The notes under the pieces are model-generated. The model ran no database searches, was not told the DNA's origin, and saw nothing but the letters and a program-made list of their open reading frames with translations. Positions 9,950-17,613 of a stretch of 64,000 nt of DNA are shown here, piece by piece (positions within the stretch are counted from its first letter, which is position 1; every line of letters starts with the position of its first letter). The stretch is from Hyphomicrobiaceae bacterium. Its GTDB lineage: Bacteria; Pseudomonadota; Alphaproteobacteria; Rhizobiales; Hyphomicrobiaceae. Location of the stretch: contig JAGDYV010000029.1 of the NCBI GenBank assembly GCA_049116495.1, positions 3,040-67,039 on the forward strand. The letters run 5' to 3'. Position numbers and translations under genes: made by a program.

Positions 9950-11524
9950 TCACTCCGTTCGAAGTGTGCCTTCGGAAGCGGCTTCCACCTGCGAATCCGC
10001 GATCGTCACGGCTGGGCTCGCCACGCGCCCTTTCCGATCCGGCACCATTGAGTATTCTTCATCGTCCTGTGGCGCACCCCAAAATTCTGCAAGCGATGGC
10101 CCACCTTTCGTCAACCGGGTCCGCACAAAATCGAAGATCTCATGGAACCAGACCCGCCTTCCCATCTTCGCGTACCAGCGCATCGATTGGCGGAGCACCG
10201 GATCGGGATGAAAGAATGTTCGATAGAGCGCCTTGGGTCTTGCCTGCACGATCACTTCGGTTGCCTTGACCCAGAGAAGTATCCGCCACGGCGCCAGGTA
10301 AGTGTTGGCAAGCACCTGATGCTTGTAGTCCCAGCGTCGCCGGTCCTTCTGGATAACCATGCGAGACTGCGTCTCGGCGAAAAACGGCGTCCAACGATGC
10401 GGCGTGATGTAGAGCATGATGATTTGGTCCGGATCATAGGCTATCAGTTGGCGCAGACCGCGCAGATAGTCGCCGTCTCGTTCGTGTTCAAAGCCGACGA
10501 CCCAACTCGCAAGTGACAGGATACCGTTCGCGCGGAGCAGTCGGATCGCCTGATAGTCAGTCGCCGTGGTCGAGCCCTTCTTGATTCTTTGCAGTGTCGC
10601 TTCATCAGTACTTTCGGTGCCTAGTAGAAAGCGGATGCATCCTGCTTTCCGGTAAAGGTGCAGAATGTCGGCGTCGCGGACAATGTCACCGGCGCGAGTC
10701 GTGCCGATGATCAGAAGGTTCGTATCCTCTGCGATCAACGCCTCGAGGAACTGCCGCCAGGCGCGCCGCGATGACGTCGGGTTTTCGTCCGCCAAGTTGA
10801 CCAGTTCGACGCCCTCCTCACGATGCAGGCGCGCCAGTTCCTTGGCGAACTTAACCGGGTCACGATAACGCCAACGCGACCAAAACCCGCGCTGGCCGCA
10901 ATAGGTGCACAGGTGCGGGCACCCGCGAGAAAACTGCGCGATAACCGCTTTCTTGCCGCCCCAGTAACTGTAGTCGTTATGATCAATCAATTCCCAGCCA
11001 ACCCGGTAGGCATCTAAATCCTTGATCATCGCAGCCGGACGCGTTGCGACGGGTCTGCCGTTTTTCGTAAATGCAATGCCACTCACCGCGTCGAGCGGCT
11101 GGCACGCTTCGAGTGCCGCGATCAATTGGCGTGTTGTCTCTTCGCCCTCGCCTCTCACGATTGCCGTCACGTAAGGTTCTTCAGCAAGCACGTCACGCCA
11201 ATGATAGGTCGGATAGACACCGCCGTAGACGATTGCGATGTCGGGACTAGCCACGGCGATTTCGGACGCCACCTTGGCGATCGTCGGGTGCGCCGACGTC
11301 GATCCGGTGTGGCCGAACATGACGACATCAGGAAGGTGCCTGACGATTGCCGCGACGAGCGCATCGGGCGTTTCGGGCTTGATATCGCCATCGATCAAGC
11401 ACACGTCATGACCGTCATCGATAAGCGGTCCGGCGACACACAACAGACCGTACGGCGGAAGGTGATCGTCGGGAATGCGACTGCCGATGGCCGTATGCGG
11501 GACATTGATGAGGAGGATACGCAT
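9950..11524 (-). CDS. B12-binding-domain radical SAM enzyme (class B rSAM; methyltransferase/BchE/Hpn-like superfamily, specific function unknown)
   Basis: 524 aa. N-terminal Rossmann-like cobalamin-binding region (MRILLINVPH...GLLCVAGPLIDDGHDVCLIDGD) followed by the radical-SAM cluster motif FSRGCPHLCTYCGQ (CxxxCxxC). GGAGAAG lies upstream of the ATG. Confidence 0.85.
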   Translation of the reverse strand: MRILLINVPHTAIGSRIPDDHLPPYGLLCVAGPLIDDGHDVCLIDGDIKPETPDALVAAIVRHLPDVVMFGHTGSTSAHPTIAKVASEIAVASPDIAIVYGGVYPTYHWRDVLAEEPYVTAIVRGEGEETTRQLIAALEACQPLDAVSGIAFTKNGRPVATRPAAMIKDLDAYRVGWELIDHNDYSYWGGKKAVIAQFSRGCPHLCTYCGQRGFWSRWRYRDPVKFAKELARLHREEGVELVNLADENPTSSRRAWRQFLEALIAEDTNLLIIGTTRAGDIVRDADILHLYRKAGCIRFLLGTESTDEATLQRIKKGSTTATDYQAIRLLRANGILSLASWVVGFEHERDGDYLRGLRQLIAYDPDQIIMLYITPHRWTPFFAETQSRMVIQKDRRRWDYKHQVLANTYLAPWRILLWVKATEVIVQARPKALYRTFFHPDPVLRQSMRWYAKMGRRVWFHEIFDFVRTRLTKGGPSLAEFWGAPQDDEEYSMVPDRKGRVASPAVTIADSQVEAASEGTLRTE

Positions 11525-11627
11525 GTTACTTCTCCGTAGCGGACAACAAAAGTTTCCGCTTGCGCCTCGATCTCACGAGGTCAGGAACGAAACCGACACA
11601 CGGTTCGTGGTGGTGTGATGGATTGAT

Positions 11628-12353
11628 TCAGCTCGCGACTTGCGGCGTGGCGACGCCAACGCTGTCATCGAGCGCACCGAAGCGGCGGTTGCGACGCCTG
11701 AACTCGCACAACGCTTGTTCAAGATCGTCCGCGCCGAAGTCAGGCCAGAATTTTTCGAGGAAAATCAACTCGGCGTAGGCACCTTCCCACAGCAGGAAGT
11801 CGGACAGACGCTGCTCCCCGCCGGTGCGTATGATGACATCGACATTCACCGGTCCGCCGTCGCCGGCGAGTGCCTTGCCGAATGCATCGATGCTCGAGCC
11901 ACATCGCGTAAATCTATCGGCGACGGCCAGAATAGATTCTCGCCCTGAATAGTCGAGCGCGATGCGAACGTGCAGGCCGTCGCACGCAGAGGTGACGTTT
12001 TCCGCATGCTTGATGAGGCTGACGATGTCGTCCTGCAGCCGGTCGCGCCTGCCAATGAACGTCAAGCGCACATTGTGCGCCGTCAAAGATGCCAATTCGC
12101 GCGACAGAAAATTTCGGATGAGCGTCATGAGTGCGGCAACCTCTCCCTTAGGCCGCATCCAGTTCGCAGACGAAAAGGCGTAAATCGTCAATGACCGCAG
12201 CGCCAATCGACAACCTGCCTCGATGGTCGAGCGCAGGGCCGATACGCCGGCGTAATGACCTGACGACCTGGACAGTCCCCTGCGTTCGGCCCAGCGACCA
12301 TTGCCATCCATGATGATGCCAACATCAATTCTGCTATTCAGATTACTTTGCAT
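11628..12353 (-). CDS. cis-Isoprenyl (undecaprenyl) diphosphate synthase family protein (UppS paralog by context)
   Basis: Canonical cis-prenyltransferase motifs: IIMDGNGRWAERRG, LTIYAFSSANWMRP, FIGRRDRL, IIRTGGEQRLSDFLLWEGAYAELIF, RRNRRFGA. The start is either ATG 12353 or ATG 12383. It is not in the usual frr-uppS-cdsA context. Confidence 0.85.
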   Translation of the reverse strand: MQSNLNSRIDVGIIMDGNGRWAERRGLSRSSGHYAGVSALRSTIEAGCRLALRSLTIYAFSSANWMRPKGEVAALMTLIRNFLSRELASLTAHNVRLTFIGRRDRLQDDIVSLIKHAENVTSACDGLHVRIALDYSGRESILAVADRFTRCGSSIDAFGKALAGDGGPVNVDVIIRTGGEQRLSDFLLWEGAYAELIFLEKFWPDFGADDLEQALCEFRRRNRRFGALDDSVGVATPQVAS

Positions 12354-12361
12354 TACAAAGT
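12345..12361. promoter_or_regulatory. Palindrome ACTTTG-cattA-CAAAGT overlapping the UppS-like start codon (operator-like site B)
   Basis: Read directly: 6-bp perfect arms with a 5-bp spacer. The ATG (minus strand, 12353-12351) sits in the spacer. The same arms recur at 13461-13477. Confidence 0.5.
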
Positions 12362-12450
12362 TTCCTTTCGAAAAAATGCACACTTTCCGTGCGCCGATCT
12401 ACACGCTCAAGGTGTTTGCGGAAATGATCATCCAGGTTTTACTCGACGCT

Positions 12451-12822
12451 CTATGCTGGCTTCAATTTCGAGCCCGATCGAAGCGCTTTTTGGGATTTGT
12501 AAGCATCCCTGACAACCCTCTCCAATTCGTCAATGTATGCCGTAAACCGTTCGCGCCCGACCTTGGTCAGCGCGCATGTTGTCAGCGGCCGCTTGCCCTC
12601 ATAGCCTTTGATGACGCGCACGAAACCAGCCTCTTCCAGGACCTGTATGTGCCGGCTGAGGTTGCCGTCGGTCAGTCCGCAAAGCCGCTTCAGGTCGCCA
12701 AACGCCAAACCATCGGGATGGCTGATCAGCGATGTCATGATCCCAAGCCGCGCTTTTTCATGCAGCACCCTGTCCAGTCCGGAATAGGCAAACGGCGCTT
12801 CAGGCGTGTCACGCTTCGGCAT
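12451..12822 (-). CDS. Winged-helix (ArsR/HTH_34-like) transcriptional regulator
   Basis: 123 aa. LDRVLHEKARLGIMTSLISHPDGLAFGDLKRLCGLTDGNLSRHIQVLEEAGFVRVIKGYEGKRPLTTCALTKVGRERF is a typical wHTH (helix-turn-helix plus wing) layout. Confidence 0.8.
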   Translation of the reverse strand: MPKRDTPEAPFAYSGLDRVLHEKARLGIMTSLISHPDGLAFGDLKRLCGLTDGNLSRHIQVLEEAGFVRVIKGYEGKRPLTTCALTKVGRERFTAYIDELERVVRDAYKSQKALRSGSKLKPA

Positions 12823-13444
12823 CGCTGTCCTCCGCAGTCGAAAGCTTCAAGACAAGGGCCATCGAAAACTGTCCGATTGCAAAAGGAAACCCCATGAGCC
12901 AGGTGCTGAGCACATCGCCCGGTTGCGCAAAATATTTGGCAGCGATGATCAACACGCATATGCCGGACACTAGATACCATCCAGCGACCAACTTGATCGA
13001 CCGCGGCAGATTGCGCGCGGCGGAGAACAGACCGAGTGCGACGAGCACTTGCCAAATACCAGGCAGCAGCCAGGAGGCGTTTGGGGCAAACTGAAGGATG
13101 ACAACTCCAATGGCCGCGCCAGACAAGCCCGCTGGTATGAAATTCTCGATTGCACTGATGAGCATGGCGTCGGCCAGGCCGCCATGCTCGCGATAGGTGC
13201 GGGAGATCATTTCGCTGCCGATCATGCCGGCGCAGACCAATGCCGTCGCCGTCCACCACAGCAGATAAGTCTCATTGTCGCCAGCAAAGGCCTGCGGCCA
13301 GGTCGACTGCAGAAATGCCATACCAATGGCCAGGCCGCCGGTCAGCGCTATGACGAGCGGTCCGAACCCGCGAAACAATGTGTCTGCCGCGAGACGACTG
13401 CGAATATCGACGATGTCTGCCAGGGCCTTGTCTAGCTCACTCAT
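12809..13444 (-). CDS. Hypothetical polytopic membrane protein (first gene of the regulator operon)
   Basis: 211 aa from ATG 13444 (MSELDKALADIV...). Several hydrophobic spans (GPLVIALTGGLAIGMAF, LLWWTATALVCAGMIG, AIGVVILQFAP, GIWQVLVALGLF, GWYLVSGICVLIIAA). 14-nt overlap with the regulator gene. The longer ORF to 13627 adds sequence that does not look like protein. Confidence 0.6.
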   Translation of the reverse strand: MSELDKALADIVDIRSRLAADTLFRGFGPLVIALTGGLAIGMAFLQSTWPQAFAGDNETYLLWWTATALVCAGMIGSEMISRTYREHGGLADAMLISAIENFIPAGLSGAAIGVVILQFAPNASWLLPGIWQVLVALGLFSAARNLPRSIKLVAGWYLVSGICVLIIAAKYFAQPGDVLSTWLMGFPFAIGQFSMALVLKLSTAEDSDAEA

Positions 13445-13460
13445 CTTTGCCTCGCACCTT

Positions 13461-13477
13461 ACTTTGTATTGCAAAGT
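13461..13477. promoter_or_regulatory. Palindrome ACTTTG-tattG-CAAAGT, 17 nt upstream of the membrane-protein start (operator-like site A)
   Basis: Read directly: the same 6-bp arms and 5-bp spacing as site B at 12345-12361. It lies in the promoter/5' UTR region of the minus-strand operon. Confidence 0.5.
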
Positions 13478-13644
13478 ATTATGTAAATTGAATGTGCGCA
13501 AGCATAGATGCAAGGTTGTCGTTAAAAAGGTTGCCGGCGGGCGGCGCCATGCAAGCAGCTGCGTGCTTCGCACGCGGGGCACGGTCGCTGTTGCGGCCTC
13601 GAAAGTGAATGCGACTGGATACGACATGCATCAGCATGTCGGAA

Positions 13645-14529
13645 TCACTTCTTGCTGACGAAGCGATACGTCACAAGCTCTTTGCGTGTGAAAATATAAA
13701 GTTGATCGCTCGGTGTCTTCATGGCGTGAATCCAGGCAGCTGGATCGATACCCATTTTGCCGAGATGCTCCTGCACCTGACCGCTGATGGCCTGCGCATG
13801 CGCCATGCCATCATTGATGCCGCCTGGCGTCGCCGCCGCTGCATAGATTTGGTGCACGCCGATCCACGCCCGTCTACCGGCCGTGCGACGCTTGCCACCC
13901 GAAAAAACGATCGGACACGATGAAGCGCAATAAGCATCAGTCGGCACGACCGTGTCGATATTGTTGCGTCTCAGCACGCGAGACATTTCAAGAGCATCAC
14001 GCACCGATCCACCAGGCGAATGCAGATAGAGCCTTTTCAACTCGCCAGACTGAGCTTCGAGGAAGTTGGCAAATTGCTTGTCCGTGCCCTTTCCAATGCG
14101 ACCCACCGCACTGGCAGCACCATTCGGCCCCCGCACAAATGTCATCGGTTGCCCGACCGCTTTGTGTGGCACGGGTTTTGAATATCCCGGCAGCCTTGCT
14201 TCCTTGCCGGATCGATGTATCGGCGTCGCACGCGGCAGGTAAGGACGCACCTGGTCCTGCCGTCGAGGCGGCTGCATCACCACCGGTTCAGTTTGCTTGA
14301 CTTGTCCAGGGAGAGGCGCGCTGGCCTCCTCATAAATCTGTCGGAAGTCGAGCGCGATGAAGACGACCGCCGCCGTTGCCAAGCCGCGAAACACCAGGCG
14401 CAGCAGATTGTCTTCGCTGATCCATCGCAGGAAGATCGACTTGGGTCGAGCCGCGTGGTCCTGAGCGGTCGTGGCGTGTTCATTGGCTGGCGGTTCGATC
14501 ACGGCCCTAGTCCCTCGTTTGCTCGCCAT
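13645..14529 (-). CDS. Membrane-anchored ClpP/SppA-fold-like periplasmic protein (resembles the 'predicted periplasmic protein' COG3904 group)
   Basis: One N-terminal TM span (LVFRGLATAAVVFIALDF). The C-terminal domain has LYLHSPGGSVRDALEMSRVLR...AYCASSCPIVFSGGKRR, reminiscent of the ClpP-fold oxyanion and Ser regions. Confidence 0.6.
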   Translation of the reverse strand: MASKRGTRAVIEPPANEHATTAQDHAARPKSIFLRWISEDNLLRLVFRGLATAAVVFIALDFRQIYEEASAPLPGQVKQTEPVVMQPPRRQDQVRPYLPRATPIHRSGKEARLPGYSKPVPHKAVGQPMTFVRGPNGAASAVGRIGKGTDKQFANFLEAQSGELKRLYLHSPGGSVRDALEMSRVLRRNNIDTVVPTDAYCASSCPIVFSGGKRRTAGRRAWIGVHQIYAAAATPGGINDGMAHAQAISGQVQEHLGKMGIDPAAWIHAMKTPSDQLYIFTRKELVTYRFVSKK

Positions 14530-15874
14530 GCTGTGGTTTTGTCATGTTGAAATGGGACACATTACCGGAGGCAGCAGGCGGAGCAGCTACATCACCCCCC
14601 TTGCCATCGCCGAACTCTCCCTGGATTTGCCGAAAAAGATGCACTGCACGCATCATGTCCGCGGCACTCATGGCTTCGGCGTCGACATCAACACCGCCAT
14701 CACGGCGAATCTGTGCCTCGACGACGGTCATGATCATGATCAAGACGGCCGGTAGCAGGTCGATCGATATCGCCCCGGCCCAGCTTGGTAGAAAGTCGCG
14801 CGCATAGAGCAGAACCGCTTCGGGCGGCGACAGCGGTTGAAACCGCGGCGGCACGACCGGTTCTCGCTCCAAAATCTCATCGGCTGCGCGTGAAAGCGCA
14901 CGGCTCTGCGTGCGCACCGCCTGTTCCACCCGACCGACCACGGCCGTCTGCCGAGCTTGCAGCGAAGCATCGCGACCATCCGCGATCGGTGCGATAAAAC
15001 TGCTTCCAAGGTCTTCGGCAACGCGCTTGACGGATGGCGCGACGGATGTCTGCTGCAAGGCACCAATCTGACCAATCAGCTTCAACGCCTCCTCACCAAA
15101 CGAGTTGGCCCGCGCATCAATCGGGCCGGTGTTCGAAATGAGCGCACGCATGCGCGCCAGATGACGCCCTCCCTGATCGAATAACCGTTTTACATCGTCA
15201 CGACTGGCGGCGACTTGATCTGCAAGTCCGTCGAGTTCCGTCGACATCTGCGTTAACAATTGAACGACCGTGCCAGAGCCTGAGGTGCCGGTCAGGGCGC
15301 CCGATGCGCGTTCCTGTTGTGCCAGGCTGGCAAAACGCTTTGAGGCGAGCCTAATATCGGGCAACAAACTCTGGGCCGCCAACGCGTTGGAATGCGCCTT
15401 GTCCAGGCGCTCCTGATAAACCTCAGTCGCATTCGCCATATGCTGCTCAAGCGCCGCGGAGCCAGCCAACGCCGCGGCGTTGAGCCAACTCGACATGGCG
15501 ATGATCATCGCCGACCCGATCGCCATTGCGATGTACAGCATGAAAGCCGATCGCGCATTGTCGGTGTGCGGCAAGAAACGCATCAAATAGGACCAGAACG
15601 CATAGATGCCGACGGAGACAGCGGCTGAATAAATGACAGCGCCAAAGAACACGACCGTCGTCGTGCCACTCAACAGGCCTCTTACACCGAGATATGTGTA
15701 GACGCCGCTCGCAAGTGCCAAGACGGCCAGAGTGACCTTCGTCGTTACATCAAGCTGTATCTGCCCAGCCTTGAGCTTTGCTACCATTTGATGATCCTTT
15801 GGCAGTGACGAGGCGCGTTCAACTAGCGCCGAATCTGAGGGTGTTGATGTTATTCGGAGTACATTTGACGACAC
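14507..15874 (-). CDS. Hypothetical membrane protein with a long helical (coiled-coil-like) central region
   Basis: 455-aa ORF. An alternative start at ATG 15787 (MVAKLKAG...) has the better SD (AAAGGA). It has N-terminal TM spans, an Ala/Leu/Gln-rich helical middle and a C-terminal TM span (ISIDLLPAVLIMIMTVV). 23-nt overlap with the downstream gene. Confidence 0.6.
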   Translation of the reverse strand: MSSNVLRITSTPSDSALVERASSLPKDHQMVAKLKAGQIQLDVTTKVTLAVLALASGVYTYLGVRGLLSGTTTVVFFGAVIYSAAVSVGIYAFWSYLMRFLPHTDNARSAFMLYIAMAIGSAMIIAMSSWLNAAALAGSAALEQHMANATEVYQERLDKAHSNALAAQSLLPDIRLASKRFASLAQQERASGALTGTSGSGTVVQLLTQMSTELDGLADQVAASRDDVKRLFDQGGRHLARMRALISNTGPIDARANSFGEEALKLIGQIGALQQTSVAPSVKRVAEDLGSSFIAPIADGRDASLQARQTAVVGRVEQAVRTQSRALSRAADEILEREPVVPPRFQPLSPPEAVLLYARDFLPSWAGAISIDLLPAVLIMIMTVVEAQIRRDGGVDVDAEAMSAADMMRAVHLFRQIQGEFGDGKGGDVAAPPAASGNVSHFNMTKPQHGEQTRD

Positions 15875-16083
15875 ACGTGTCTATTTCACGGCATCCAGCC
15901 TGGGATGTGACGCATGTTGCAGTCGGCACGGTTTTGTCCTGAACCGGATAAGCTCTTTCAAATCACCGGCGGCATTTGGCGCGCCCGTCCTGCGCCTGTC
16001 GCTGCGTTCGACTGTTCACGCTGTCCGCTTCGCACCACTTGTGGTAGGATTGCCGCATTGCGCGACCAAAAAGGAGCAAGCGC

Positions 16084-16926
16084 ATGGCACAACAACTCAC
16101 ATCAGAAGAGATCGCCGCCTATCACGAAGATGGCTATTTATTCTTGCGCTCACTTTTCGATCATGAGGAAATCGGCCTTCTGCGTCGAGCCATGGAAGAG
16201 GACCCGGCGATCGAGAAGCACTCGCTGCTGCGTGCCGATCAGGAAGGCGGCGCCACTCGCATCTCGCTATGGAACCGCGCCGGCGACAGCGTCTACGGAT
16301 TGGCGGCGCGGAGTGAGCGGATCGTTGACGCGGCCGAAGCGCTGATCGGAGAACCCGTCTACCATTTCCAATCCAAGTTGACGGCCAAAGATCCGTTTGT
16401 TGGCGGCGCCTGGGAATGGCACCAGGACTACGGCTACTGGTACTACAATGGCTGCCTCGAGCCCAAGATGCTGAGTTTCATGATTGCACTGGACCGCACC
16501 GATGCGGACAATGGATGCCTTAAACTTGTAAAGGGCTCACACAAACTGGGCCGCCTCGATCACGTTCAGGTCACGCCACAGCAAAATTCCGCGGACCCTG
16601 AACGTCTACCGTACATATTGGCGGATCGCGAGGTGGTTGACTGCATTATGGATCCGGGCGACGCCGTGGTCTTTCATGGCAATGCTCTGCACCGCTCTGA
16701 CCAAAACCGCTCGAACAAACGACGTTGGACCCTTCTGTGTTGTTACAACGCCGTAAGCAACGACACTTTCAAGAAAGAAGATGACCGCTATTTCGTGCCG
16801 CTCGACAAAGTTGACGATCAAGCTATCAAAACGGCTGGCCTCAAATTTGCGAGCGGAGATCAAGAGCACTTTACATTGACCCCCTATGTTCCTGACGCGC
16901 CGGCGCCCTCATCGTCGATGGAATAA
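16084..16926 (+). CDS. Phytanoyl-CoA dioxygenase (PhyH) family Fe(II)/2-oxoglutarate-dependent oxygenase
   Basis: AAAGGAG SD. EEIAAYHEDGYLFLRSLF N-terminus, WHQDYGYW (HxD of the facial triad), NGCLKLVKGSHKLG, and VVFHGNALHRSDQNRS (distal His plus Arg). Confidence 0.85.
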   Translation: MAQQLTSEEIAAYHEDGYLFLRSLFDHEEIGLLRRAMEEDPAIEKHSLLRADQEGGATRISLWNRAGDSVYGLAARSERIVDAAEALIGEPVYHFQSKLTAKDPFVGGAWEWHQDYGYWYYNGCLEPKMLSFMIALDRTDADNGCLKLVKGSHKLGRLDHVQVTPQQNSADPERLPYILADREVVDCIMDPGDAVVFHGNALHRSDQNRSNKRRWTLLCCYNAVSNDTFKKEDDRYFVPLDKVDDQAIKTAGLKFASGDQEHFTLTPYVPDAPAPSSSME

Positions 16927-17107
16927 CGCAACCCGGGAAGTTGTCGCAATCGACGGCTAGTTTGGATCAACGTAGGCGCTTGCGATCTGCGCAACTTCGC
17001 CATCTCCACAATCAGCTTGCAGCATTTCGGAGAGTGGAAAGGCTGAGGTTTTGCTGGTCTCGACGCCCCAGCACCGATGTGAGCTTGACCAAATCAGAAC
17101 AAAGTTC

Positions 17108-17143
17108 GCCCGCTATGTGAACTGAGCCCGCTATATGAACTGA
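17108..17143. repeat. Tandem direct repeat, 2 x 18 bp (GCCCGCTATGTGAACTGA / GCCCGCTATATGAACTGA), with a third partial TGAAC copy at 17147-17151
   Basis: Read directly: one mismatch between copies. It lies 78-113 nt upstream of the ATG at 17221, so it may be a transcription-factor direct-repeat site. Confidence 0.6.
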
Positions 17144-17220
17144 GAATGAACGAGCGAGTGGGTTTTTGTTCAGTATCTCCACGTCATTGTTGATATGAGG
17201 GAGCAGGAAAGGACATTCGC

Positions 17221-17505
17221 ATGAAGTCATTCAAGTCGATCGCCATCGCATTAGTGTTGGGATTGGGCGCACTCATGACAAGTGTATCAACCGGCCAAGC
17301 CGCTGCTATTCCGAACGTTACTGGCATCGTCGGCCAAGACAAACTTGTTCAAAAAGCGCACGGATACCACCGCGGCTGGCGTCGTGGCCATCGTCACCGC
17401 CGCTGGCGCCGCGGTTGGCGCCGCTGGCACTTCCATCGTCACTGTCACTGGCGGCGCGGTTTCCGCCGCTGTCACCGTCATCGTCATCGCAGGGGCCATC
17501 ACTAG
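17221..17505 (+). CDS. Small secreted hyper-cationic His/Arg/Trp-rich protein (no recognised family)
   Basis: AAAGGA SD 8 nt upstream. Clear Sec signal MKSFKSIAIALVLGLGALMTSVSTGQAAA. The mature tail is HGYHRGWRRGHRHRRWRRGWRRWHFHRHCHWRRGFRRCHRHRHRRGHH. Confidence 0.65.
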   Translation: MKSFKSIAIALVLGLGALMTSVSTGQAAAIPNVTGIVGQDKLVQKAHGYHRGWRRGHRHRRWRRGWRRWHFHRHCHWRRGFRRCHRHRHRRGHH

Positions 17506-17542
17506 AGCGCCTGCCGCGATTCCAAGAAGGCACCCAACAACT

Positions 17543-17574
17543 AAAAAACGCCTCCAGCATGTGCTGGAGGCGTT
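17543..17574 (-). terminator. Intrinsic terminator between the convergent small genes (13-bp perfect stem; U-tract on the minus-strand transcript)
   Basis: AAAAAACGCCTCCAGCA-tg-TGCTGGAGGCGTT. On the minus strand the hairpin is followed by TTTTTT, about 40 nt past the stop of the 17614-18069 gene and about 40 nt past the stop of the plus-strand gene. Confidence 0.75.
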
Positions 17575-17613
17575 CGGCATCGTCCAACGCTCGAAGCGTG
17601 ATGTCCCACTTTG

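Noticed and set aside
17012-17230. 72-aa minus-strand ORF containing the duplicated peptide SVHIAGSVHIAG.
   Set aside because: The duplication is just the translation of the 18-bp tandem DNA repeat. The ORF lies in a promoter region, has no SD and overlaps the start of the plus-strand gene.
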